Part shown: positions 53,257 to 64,000 of the stretch, piece by piece
Layout of the letters: the number at the start of each line of letters is the position of its first letter
Position numbering within the stretch: the stretch's first letter is position 1
NCBI GenBank assembly: GCA_973851085.1
Contig: OZ316775.1
Location: 16,430,001-16,494,000, forward strand
Reading direction: 5' to 3'
Origin: Ptychomitrium polyphyllum
Lineage: Eukaryota
DNA length: 64,000 bases
The notes under the pieces: generated by a model
Seen by the model: only the letters and a program-made list of their open reading frames with translations
The model's database searches: none
Told to the model about the DNA's origin: nothing
Made by a program: the position numbers and the translations under genes

Positions 53257-53665
53257 TGTTATGGACATAAATATTAGAAGCATGTAAAAAGGTTCTTAGA
53301 AGGTTTAGAAAGACTACTGAAGTTTCCAAGGAATTTACCTTGGCTAAGAAAGCTTCCATGGAAATAATCTGAGATTGCTTGAGTATGAATCAATGTAATA
53401 GAAGCTTTTAAGGCTTGTAGTCATAGTATATATTAGAGTCCAATCTGAAATGATCTTCAGTCTTCATACTAGGCGTGTGAAATGATCTTCAATTTTCATA
53501 CTAGGCGTGTGTCCCTGAGAAGACAACACACCTTTTATGATCAAGTTCAAACCTCCTAGCCCTATCTTTGTATTAAAAAAAATTGAATTTAAAGAAACAA
53601 TTTTTTAAATAGTATTTACAATCTCCTATTTATTCTCATTCCTTATCAAGTTGTTGCTTCTAACA
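53257..53665 (+). mobile_element. Degenerate solo LTR of the same broad family, with an internal 32-bp tandem duplication (53446-53509)
   Basis: Starts TGTTATGGACATAAAT (compare TGTCACGGACATAAAT at 27711) and ends CTAACA; flanks GAATT and AAATC could be a decayed 5-bp TSD. Confidence 0.6.
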
Positions 53666-55665
53666 AAATCAAAGATATTTCTATTAAATCATTTATAATA
53701 ACCATTGGAACTAAGGTCTAGAAGAGGCCAGTATATGGTTGAGTTTCCTGTTTTTATTAATTAAGAAGCTGACATTAACCTCAATCATTTCAAATAATAA
53801 TTTCTTAAGAAAAATACCAAATGAAATTCATAATGAAATAAGTGAATAACTTTAGGTGCAGAAGTCAATTGAAAAGGTGCTAATCATTTTGAAAGGCCAA
53901 GAAGTGGTTGTTTGAACTAATTAGCCAATGCCAAGTTATGCCTAGTTATTATTAGGACTTCAGTGCATAGAGCAAGGGTGGTTTCAAAAAGATCTCAAAG
54001 GGATAGTTTGTCCTCTAGAATCAAGTCAAAGGACAAGTACTTCAAGGATAAGCATAGGCTTCATAATTTGAGTAGAGTTTCCTATAATGTAGTTGCTAGA
54101 ACCTCCCACCCACATCTGCAGGCCAACTACACTAACTCAAGTCGCCTTTCAAGTATTCATCCTTAAACAACTTCATTGACCTCGACCCTACGTGTAAAGC
54201 AGCCTTACGAAACTGAAAATTCAGCAGCTGTCCAGTCCAGTTCATCTGAAATACACGATCTTAATATCGCATTTGAGCAAGGTCAGACCCTGCCATCGAG
54301 GATGGAAAGGGGAGTTTCGAGAAGAATTTCAACGATGTCAGGACTTTTGAAAGGATCCACCGTCCACCGCCTACTGTCATCATGCAGAAGTCAACTATTC
54401 GGATGAAAAGTTGCACTGTAATGGATAACCCATCCTGCTATACGTGTAAACTCTTCATCCCTAAAAGGTCTACTAGTAAAAGTCCATTAGAATCTCAATT
54501 TTTGGTCAAAATCTCATACATAAGTTAAAGGATAAAGTCATAAATGACATCTTAAGTTACAATAATGGTTTCTTAGAGATTTCAATTATCAACGTCATGT
54601 CCATCTACCATTCTATATCTATTTTTCTTTATAAACATATACTTGAAAATAGCCAATCTCTTCCACTATATAGTTCCGAATATACACATTAAAAAAATAA
54701 TAATCAATGAAAATTATCCACATGGAATTAGTACTTGAAAACACCATCATTCTAACACATTAAAAATCATAAGAAATAAATACAAAAATTTATAGACTTT
54801 GATATTAGGTGATAAAACTACATCCTTTACATATTATTGTATAGAATTTGCAAATTGTCATTAAACTTTGGAGTTGAATGATTAAAACTTGACAAAAGTA
54901 AATGATTAAAACCTGAGCAAAATCCATCCAACTTTGAGAATTTGATAATACTCTCCAAACTCCATATAAGAACACGCTGTAAAAAGATATAATTTTGTCA
55001 TTTAATATCCAAACCTTCAATTTTTTTGTGCAAGTTAAATGTAATTTTTATGTGCTTGTAATGATGAATTCTAGAAATTGATTCCATATGAATATATATA
55101 TACATATATCTATTTAAAAAACACATTTTCATATATGTGGCCAAAACACTCTAGCTTATAATCCACCTTAAAAAATACATGATATTAAGTATGTGGTCTA
55201 ATTCAAACCATTTTTCTTTATTTACATAACTAGCCAAATTCTTGCTTCTAGCAATAGTAATTTTTTTGCATGTAATTTTTGTTGTAAATAATATTTTGTG
55301 CAAGAATGCTAGCTTTTATGTATTTAATCTAAAAACAAGGACTTCCATTACATTTTTTAATATCTCTACTAGGTTAGTTGATGAATTAGGCACCATGGTT
55401 CTGCCAAAAGTACAATAAGTACGCTTACATGTACACAAGCACATATGTATTTAATAATTACATCTTATAAAAGCATAATTCAAATATCCAGACATTTTTT
55501 GCTTAAAGATTGAAAGAATGTATGTAATAAGTCACCAAACTAAATTCATATTTTGATTGAATTGTTATAATTACTTGTATTGTATATTGTAAGTTAGCAT
55601 TCAAATTCAATGATTTTTTAATTTTCCATGAAAATTCATATATTTGTTGTAACAATCATAGGATA

Positions 55666-55698
<33 letters not shown>

Positions 55699-55736
55699 TA
55701 TTATTATTATTATTATTATTTTATTATTATTATTAT
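55666..55736. repeat. Inverted microsatellite (AAT)n-(ATT)n
   Basis: An AAT run switches directly to a TTA run at 55697/55698; perfect palindrome over 55675-55720. Confidence 0.9.
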
Positions 55737-58700
55737 TTTTTTTTTTTGGAATCAAATTACAAATTCAATAACTTGTGCATTGCTCAAATTTGAGGTAAAA
55801 TCAATACAATTAGATTTTTTCTATAATAAATAGAAAAATCTTCTTACATCTTTAAGTGTAGATAATAATTAAAAGACATTTTATTTAGATAACTAATTAT
55901 ATTCCATGCATTGTTTTTTATGCACTATTTCCATTCATATAACTCATGATTATAACCAATTAATTCAAATACTAGAAGCAAACATTACATGAATTTGAAT
56001 ATTTGAAGATAGATCATTTTGAATTGATTTGTAAAAATTTAAATTTAATTTTAAAGATAATTTACGTTTATCATGCTTTAAAATAAACTTAATATTTGAA
56101 ACATATCTCATGAAGTTGTGAAAATTACATATAACAACACATTTTAAGGTGCCATATATGTTTAGTGCTTTAGGCCCCAAGCCACCAACCTACCGTGGTC
56201 CCTTGCATCAAATTAGATAAGTAAAACCAATAAATAAACAAATAATAAGAATTCTGGTTTCTTGGTGTGGCTAATCCCTAAGCAGGCAATGACCAGCAAA
56301 TGTGGCTGGAAACCGTATTACACTGCCAGAATAATGCCCTAATTTGGGTTGAATAAGTGGGATCATGCAAATAAGAGGCCCCTGTGTAAATGCTAATTGT
56401 GGGTATCTCTGATACTTTGAGAAAGTGTCAAAGATTATATGCCCCTCATTGTCCCCACACGTATTAATCTAGCTACCTACTCCTGAGGAATTAAGTAGTG
56501 GACATTCCCTTAATGAAAATAATTCCATACCACTGCATCAAGCATCAATTTCCAGTTTCGTCCAAATAGTACCCGCGGCAAGGAGGTTCAATGTCAGAAA
56601 ACTGGAATATTACAGTACTGAACACTGGGGCCTATTTTGCAGCAAAATCATGAAGCATAGGATAAGTTAGTCTAGACACAGGCCTGTTCAATGTCAAAGG
56701 GTGAAACTTCAAAGCTTGGAGTATGGGAGATGCTCACTCATTCTGGTTCTATTTGCATCTTTCTAGACGGCCACTGGTACAACTAACCACTTACAGCCGT
56801 AGGCGAGCAAATCTCATTTCCATGTGTCCTGGTTACAACTTCCGTGCATGCTGCGCAACAAGCATCCAGATTCCCCCTGTTTACTGACTGGGCCCTGCTG
56901 AGCGAAGTACATTAACACGCAGGCTGACACGATATTTCCCAACCGAAAGGTCTGTAACTTCACAAATTGGGCAATTCCAGAAATTGCTCACTCGCCAACC
57001 TGCCTTATCTCTGCCTAACATACGTGACTCAGAGAACCATCCAGCTCATGCCCATATTGAGGGTAACAGCTCATCGTATCAGCTTCCTCACAGCACGTAG
57101 CAAGGCGGCCCCGAAGATGCTGGCCAGAGCCGCTAGATTTCTCTCTCTCAACCAGCCTATCTACGCTCAATCCGAACTTAGAGATCCATATCCACAGAGG
57201 CACCAATGACTTGCCCCGACACTCAACCGAGCTTCGTCTCCTAGACGGTGCTCGCAATTGTGCGTGGGATGGTGACAAAGGATGGTGCGCACGAAGGGTC
57301 GGAGGGATGAGTACTCGGACCCGTCTAAATTTTGAAGCGAAATTTCATAAACTTCTTGCTTCGGGTCATAGTTACCTCAGAAGTGGCCATCAACAAATTG
57401 AATGTTGCTTGACCAATTGTCAAGAGAATAAAAAGCTTTAATAAATCATTGAACCATCTTGCTATACATGTACAGTACTTGGATAATATTATTGTGATAT
57501 TAGACAAATATTCTGTCCAGGCTTCTGTTAGCTCTGTGCTAAGTGTATATACCCCAAAACTGGCACTGTACCTCATAACCGGCACTTCCCGTTGGAGGCG
57601 AATATATTACTTCACGAAACTTATAAACGGTATAGGTGGTGGAAAGTGTTGGTTCAAATGGCAGTTTGTCACTACACTAAATATAATAAATAAGTCGTCC
57701 TTTCCTCAAACATCTACATTTTTTAAAAAAAAATCTATCAAATGCATGCAATTTTTCTTCATATTTCAAAATTAATAAATATTTATGGATTTAAAATATA
57801 AGTTATCAAACATTTAATGAGGATCAACTAAAAGGTCCTATATAATGCATATCTAATACCAATATCAACTATACTATTAATATACAGGTTCCATAAAGTG
57901 AAAAGAATATCATAGACAATGTTAAAGTTTGAAAAATAATGGTATAATGTATTATAAAGTTATAAACTTACAGTGAAAGCATAATTTAATGCTCACTATA
58001 TTATTCGAGACTACAACATTATATGCAAAATGATTTTATACCAAGAACAAAGATGGTAATACTGATTAAGACACAAGTAGCTCCTTTACACTTAAGCTGG
58101 TAATAAGAGTAAAAAAGTGACCATGCCAGGACAATGCCAAACGATGGGTGCAGGAGTGCGAGTAGGCCAGCCGCTACCCTACGGCAGGCAAGCACTAGAC
58201 CAAGTGGGTGCGGCGCATTCCATCGGCGCGGAACCGGAAGCTGCCCAACCGTCCTGCAAACAGAGCACAGCCAAAGGAGTGTGCAAAAAGGGGTTTCATG
58301 GTGCGAGCGTTCACACACGCCGTTCCATTTCCAGGGCGGCAGATGCCGTAGGCTGCGCACTTGTTTCAATTGCAGGCGTGGTGGCGAGTGGTAGGGTTCG
58401 AGAAACCATGTCCACGCGCGTGAGCCGGGCTTCCTGGCCAATCCATCGTGGCCGCGAGTCCGATTCCTCGTGCGGCTTCGGCGGCCATCCAGGTGCAGCG
58501 CTCAAGTACAGGATCAATCGCACTGCAATTATCTTGTGAATTTTCTTCTTAGAGATCATGGTGGTGAGGTGATTGTGATAGGGAGCGAGTCCGTAGCCGT
58601 GAGCATGCACTGGAGTGGAAGCGGGAGTGGAAGGTAGTGCATGTGTCGGTGCATCGATCGTATGGCAGTGGTGTTGAGCGAGATTCTTTTCTTGCTTGGA

Positions 58701-59406
58701 AACCATGCTGATGAGGCGATTGTGTCAGAGAGCGAGTTCGTAGTGGAATGAGTGGGAGCGGAAGTTCGGGAGGCGGTGTGAGTGTTAGTTTTTGATGAAT
58801 TGTGCGCGCTCGCTTTAGTGCGCAATTTGCGCGGTGATCAGTGTCGCGTGTTGAGTTTTGAGTTGAAGGAACTGCGGGATTTTTTTTGCGATTTTGGAGA
58901 TCGGAATGAGACCGGACTTTAGGACGCGCATTTTGGATTAGAGTTGACTTCGGAGAGTATTATAAGTTCATAGGGCTTTATGATAGGAGGTTGCGGCGTT
59001 CTTAGTGCCCACAGTGTGTTTGTGTGCGAGCGAGTGAGTCGTAGTTGTCATACTTCTTTATGGAAATGGCCTTGGATTTAGGCGGAGTTTGACGCTGCGC
59101 GTTTTCTTAGACCGGAGCCTGCTGATCGCGAGCGTGTTATTGAAGTTTGTTATCGTTCTCAGAGAGCGTATGAGTTTTGAAGCGGCTCGCTAATGAATGC
59201 ACGTTTTTCGGTTCTGAACAATCGTTCCCGTCGAGTTGCCGTTGAAGTCTGTTCCTACCTCCTCAGTGCGTCTTAATTACTCTGTTGGATTCAAGACGGA
59301 AATCTTGTTGACTTTGGATTCACGAAGTCGAAGTTCGTTGATTGAGTTGCATACTCATCATTATTCCAGAACATCCGCCGAGTTATCTACCTACAACTGA
59401 CCGTGG

Positions 59407-62041
59407 ATGACGATGAACTCCGCCATCATTACAAAATTCCTCGAAAAGCACTCTGGTTCACATTTGAAAAGACAAAACACTAAAAAGAAATGTCTCTCAC
59501 TTGACGAGACATTAGACCTTATATTTAGTTACTTGGATCCTGAGGACCGGGCGTCTGCTTCTCTAGTATGCAAGCAGTGGCACAGGGTAGATGGTGAAAC
59601 ACGGAAGTATGTTTCGGTGTCGAACTGTTACGCTGCTCCACCATCCGCTCTCAGCAAAAGGTTCCCTAATGTCGAGAAATTCAAGATTAAGGGGAAGCCC
59701 CGAGCAGTAGAGTTTAATCTTCTCGTAGATGATTGGGGTGGCTATGCAACCTCTTGGGTGGAGGAGATAGTGAGAGCCTACCCCCGGCTTCACACACTTC
59801 ATTTTCGGCGTATGCATGTGTCTGACAACGATTTGAAGCTTCTCGCAAATGGTTGTGGATCTGCTTTACAGGTAAACTTTCAGCGTCATTTGTTAATGTT
59901 TGTCAGAAGTGCGTCAAGGCAAACTCGACTCTTAACATTCTGGTAGTTATGTAGTTAGTATCTTGTTTCTCAAATTTTACAATGTTCACTTAGCATTTAG
60001 GAACCGGAATTGTAATTTGATTATTCTTCTCAAGTTGCCATGTTGAATATTCAGTTGTATAGACAGGGTTATGTTCATTTTATAGGGCATTCATAGGGTT
60101 TGAGATAATTGCCAGTCAATTCGGGTATTATTCTTGCAAGGCTACAGATCCTCTTTCATATAGAGGTTTTGTCTCCAAGATGACGCACAAATGTCCAAAT
60201 GAATGTCTGCTTTGCTGCAACAGCGTTATTTTGAGATGGGTTACCGGTTCTGCTACTTCGACTATTTAGATTGGTTTTTGTGGTTGACTCAGGTGTTAAA
60301 GCTAGACAAGTGCTCAGGCTTCTCAACTTCAGGCCTTCAGTATATTGCTCGCTCATGCAGGTACTTCCTACGTTCATAAACACTTTTTTTTTTAATGATT
60401 CCTAGTCTTTCCTAATCTTGTAACTTGGAATATGAAAAGATGACTTTAGAGTCTGGATCTGCTGAAATTTTGAGGCCAATTAAGATCACAAGAAGTCATT
60501 AAATTACCATGGGGATCAATTTCAGTTTTGTAAAACATTAGTAACTGCATTAATAAATTGCGATTTATTTTGTACGTATAGTACCGATTTTGAAGTCCTT
60601 TGATTTGATTCGAGTCAAGTGTTTGTTTGATCAGGTCTTTGAGAACGCTCTATTTGGAGGAAAGCGATATTGAGGACGAAGGCCACGGTTGGCTACTTGA
60701 GCTTGGACGAAATGTTCCAGGCTTAGAAAGGCTTAATCTAGCTTCAACGGGCATAGAAGAAGGTGGTGTAAACGATGCCTTGGTTTCTTTGATGAAGAAT
60801 TGCAAAAGATTAAATTCCCTCAAAGTCGGTGAAATGGAGCTGGGGAAATTCAAAGAGATTATGAAGTACTCTACTAGTCCACTATTGGAGCTTGGAACTG
60901 GATGCTATAGCAAGCGGGACGGGGTACGTGAAGAGCTAACGTTTGACGCCGCCTTTATTCCTTGGGTCTCAAGATTGAAAGTACTTGATCTAAAATTCAT
61001 GAACCTGAACGCCGAAGGGCACTGCCAGCTGCTCGCATGTTGCCCTATGCTGGAAGAGTTGGAGGTAAGACTTAAATTATTGCTACATGGGCTTTTCAAA
61101 TTATTTGTTAGGGGACACTCCAACGTGTGTGTATTATAAAATCTCGAATTTGGAAATAACCGTAGCTTTGGTCGCTCTTTTCCTTGATATCTAGTGATTT
61201 CAAATTCCTCTGGCAGGCGAGGATTGAGATTGGAGACGAGGGCCTGGAGGTTGTAGGCAAAACTTGTAAATATTTGAGGCGGATACGAATCGATGACCAG
61301 GATAGTCCAGGGTTTATTACTCACAGGGGCCTCACTGCAGTTACTAAAGGCTGCAGGCTACTCCAGTTTTTGGTTATGTACATGAGAGATGTCACTAACG
61401 CCTCCTTGGCGTCTGTCGCGCATTGCTCCACGAATCTTACTGACTTCCGGATCGTTTTACTGAATACCCTAGAGCATCCAGAAGATCTTCCGTTGGATGA
61501 AGGTGTAGGAGCCATACTGCAAGGCTGTTCAAAACTGACACGTTTCTCTGTATATCTGCGCCCGGGAGGTCTAAGTGATAGAGGGTTGTCATACATTGGG
61601 AAGTTCGGGGGCCGGCTCAAGTGGATCCTTCTTGGTTGTTCTGGGGACAGCGATCAAGGGCTACTGGACTTAGCATACGGTTGTCAAAGTCTTAAGAGGT
61701 TCGAACTTCGAGGATGCCCCTTCTCCGACTATGCATTAGCGCAGGCTATGATAGTCATGAAGAGAATGAAGTATTTGTGGGTTCAAGGGCTTGGCGCAAC
61801 CGAATTGCTTGGAAAATTCTTGGTCGGAACAGATCCTTGCCTTCACGTTGAGTGGATGCCTTCTGAGAAGCAGTTACTGGCATATTACTCGATAGCCAGT
61901 CCTCGAACGGATACTCCATTCACTGTAGAGATTGTGTCACCGCCTCAGTTTCTCTATGAATTTGGAGCCGATTATTGTAGAGACTCGGGCGTTGGTAATT
62001 TTGATAGAGACTATGGCCATGAAGTTAATTCGGAGTACTGA
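59407..62041 (+). CDS. COI1-like: COI1-like F-box/LRR protein (TIR1/AFB/COI1 family); exons 59407-59871, 60293-60360, 60635-61064, 61217-62041
   Basis: F-box LDLIFSYL.PEDRASASLVCKQWHRVD; KIKGKPRAVEFNLLVDDWGGYATSWV; LHFRRM; LKLDKCSGFSTSGL; LRTLYLEES; DFRIVL; LPLDEGV; LTRFSVYLRPGGLSD; KWILLG; ELRGC.FS; YLWVQG. These match COI1 better than TIR1. Confidence 0.9.
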
Positions 62042-63834
62042 CTAAGATTACCAACTTCTGGGTCCAGTCATCTGGGTCGTTTTATCAACATTTTGGTTCC
62101 AATACGAAAGCAATTCTGTAACTGCAGTTCGATGCCAATTATCGTCGATATATAGTCAGCTGTTGTAGCTAAATTATTACCAAATTGGGTTACTGTCTTA
62201 GCCCTCTAGCTTACTCTCTTCTGTCAGGTGCTTCATAATCTAAGCTTGAGTGTTCATGCGAAACAAGCTCAGTTTTTTCCGTGACCTCGGTATGTATGAG
62301 TCTGTTCATATTCTCTGAAGCTCAGTTGAAAGTGGTACCTATCCTTTAATTCCGGATGCTACAAGTAGGAATGTTGGGAGTCCAGCTTCAACGTTACGAA
62401 AGGGCATTGCTTTTCTGGGTGCTATCTAGGTGTGACGACATGGTATGGTCGTCACATGATGGCTTTGACAACTTCTGGAGAAATCAGTTTTTCTTTGCGA
62501 CTTACACGGTAACCTGTTCAAGCTGACTTCGCCCAATGTTATGAACATACTGGAGTTAGCTCTTTTTTGTCCGTACAAATCCTGCAGATTTGCAGGCAAG
62601 AAGGCAGAATTCTCCGTTTCGGCCATGGACCTCTTCTCATTACAAGGGAGCGTGCAATCTTTAATGAAAAAGTTGGTATTAAAGTTCACATTTTTGTATA
62701 AAGGTAAAGCATAACCATTGTTGGAGTATAATTCTCCTGATTTTTCTATTCAGCCTGAGCAACGCGCATCTCGCTATTGGACTAAGTATGTTTTTGAATA
62801 CTTGCAGGATTCATATCCCCGTCTATCCAATTCACTGAGGTTACAGGCTCTTCAGCCATGATATGGTGATCAGCCATTACCGAGTTTGTAGAAAGTCTGA
62901 AGCGAAGTGTCTATATGTGATGACTATTTTCGTACTGTCACAGTTCGCTGTACTTAATGATTCAGATCCAGTTGTTGGGCTATGATAGGAGATTCAGCTT
63001 TTTCGAGAATTCTGTAACTTGTACACTATGAGTACCACATGTTACTAGCTGGCAAATTTTAAATGAAAATTGATGAAGACGAATCTTGTGGTGTTTATCT
63101 TTGGTAGCATAGTTTCGAGTTTTGAGGAACAAACGTTGTACCATAGCATTGCCGAACGTTCAATCACTGTTTCAACTTTCGATCACAAGTTTCTTATGTT
63201 ATAAATCTCTTAGTGTATATACACCATTATAGTAATGGAAAGAAAGGAGTGGTTAGGCGAAACACAACAATTTCAGCCTAAGAAAGTAGCAATGATTCAA
63301 CAAGCGAAGATATATCCACAGCACTGCAGAAAATAACAATGGCAATTGAAAATGAAAATATTCCTAAGCTGAACTAGGGCAATGTATGAGACTAGGTCAG
63401 AATAATAGTCCTCGCTTGCAGGGCAGCACAACTGCAAGTTATCGAATGACCAACTACCTACACTTCGGTTCTGCAGGCCTAACCTGGCCTATATGTAAGG
63501 ATTGCAGCCAACCTTCCAATACAATTTCCGAGAAAGCCAAAAAATGCCAATAACGCTCCCAAGAACCTGACGGGAACAAATCAAAGTTTCCCTCTGCATC
63601 TTCGTATCATGAAAGGCATTCAAAGAACTCTCGATCCATCATGAGGAGTCTTTCCCATGTATTTACCACCATCATGCTCCTACTGTACCCTGTAATCCTC
63701 CGCTCACTTCTTAGCCAATCCCAACACATTCTCCCGATTCAGTACTTGATGCTGCCCGCCAAGCGGAAAAAGACTGTACAAGTTCCAGCTGCACCACTTT
63801 CCCTAATTCATAATCCATAAACATCATGCTCCTT

Positions 63835-64000
63835 CTAGTCTATCTTCACCGATGAGTAGATCACCCGCACAAACCAGTAGCAGGCATAAAACCCTATAGT
63901 CCCTGTCAGCACGAAAAAGGCGTACGAAATAATCCCCATGTACCCAAAGTACATGATCCCCGACACTACCTTCGTGATCTCCAAATTCTTGAAAAAATAA
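63835..64000 (-). CDS. 3' end of a transmembrane-9 superfamily (TM9SF/EMP70) gene; runs off the window
   Basis: YFFKNLEITKVVSGIMYFGYMGIISYAFFVLTGTIGFYACYWFVRVIYSSVKID*, with a C-terminal KxD/E Golgi-retention motif; not in the ORF track. Confidence 0.92.
   Translation of the reverse strand, partial: YFFKNLEITKVVSGIMYFGYMGIISYAFFVLTGTIGFYACYWFVRVIYSSVKID

Noticed and set aside
58134..58394. Zinc-knuckle-like CFNCRRGG and several overlapping ORFs upstream of the COI1-like gene
   Set aside because: It lacks the His and final Cys of CCHC; overlapping ORFs are expected in a GC-rich promoter or leader
58382..58407. Pol III A-box-like TGGCGAGTGG next to B-box-like GGTTCGAG
   Set aside because: The boxes are only a few nt apart and there is no cloverleaf, so it is not a tRNA or SINE

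Overview
Eukaryotic land-plant nuclear DNA, most likely a moss or other bryophyte. This is inferred from an Iota-class GST, a COI1-like receptor with Val at the AtCOI1 A384-equivalent site, and the intron and UTR style. CpG-retaining gene islands alternate with AT-rich, CpG-depleted decayed-TE blocks (about 1-4.4 kb, 13-17.5 kb, 23.6-31 kb, 51-56 kb). Nine intron-containing or partial genes can be modelled with GT-AG splice sites: an ATAF-type NAC transcription factor (+), a catalytically degenerate SDR ending in a PTS1-like tripeptide (-), a group IIc-like WRKY (+), an LptB-like ABC ATPase (-) head-to-head with an Iota-class GST (+), a filament-like plant protein (+), the complex I 51-kDa subunit NDUFV1 (-), a COI1-like F-box/LRR protein (+), and the 3' end of a TM9SF/EMP70 gene (-). 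There is also a 5'-truncated Ty3/gypsy chromovirus with integrase, chromodomain, PPT and 3' LTR, two related degenerate solo LTRs, and several tandem duplications. The most notable item is an intact, spliced nuclear LptB homologue (the bacterial LPS-export ATPase) with cyanobacterial-style features, suggesting a retained Lpt-like lipid-transport system in an organelle envelope. Also notable are a roughly 200-codon extra ORF joined to retrotransposon pol by a TGATG overlap, the pseudo-enzyme SDR, and the loop-shortened COI1 paralogue. Family assignments come from motif recognition by eye; no database searches were run.
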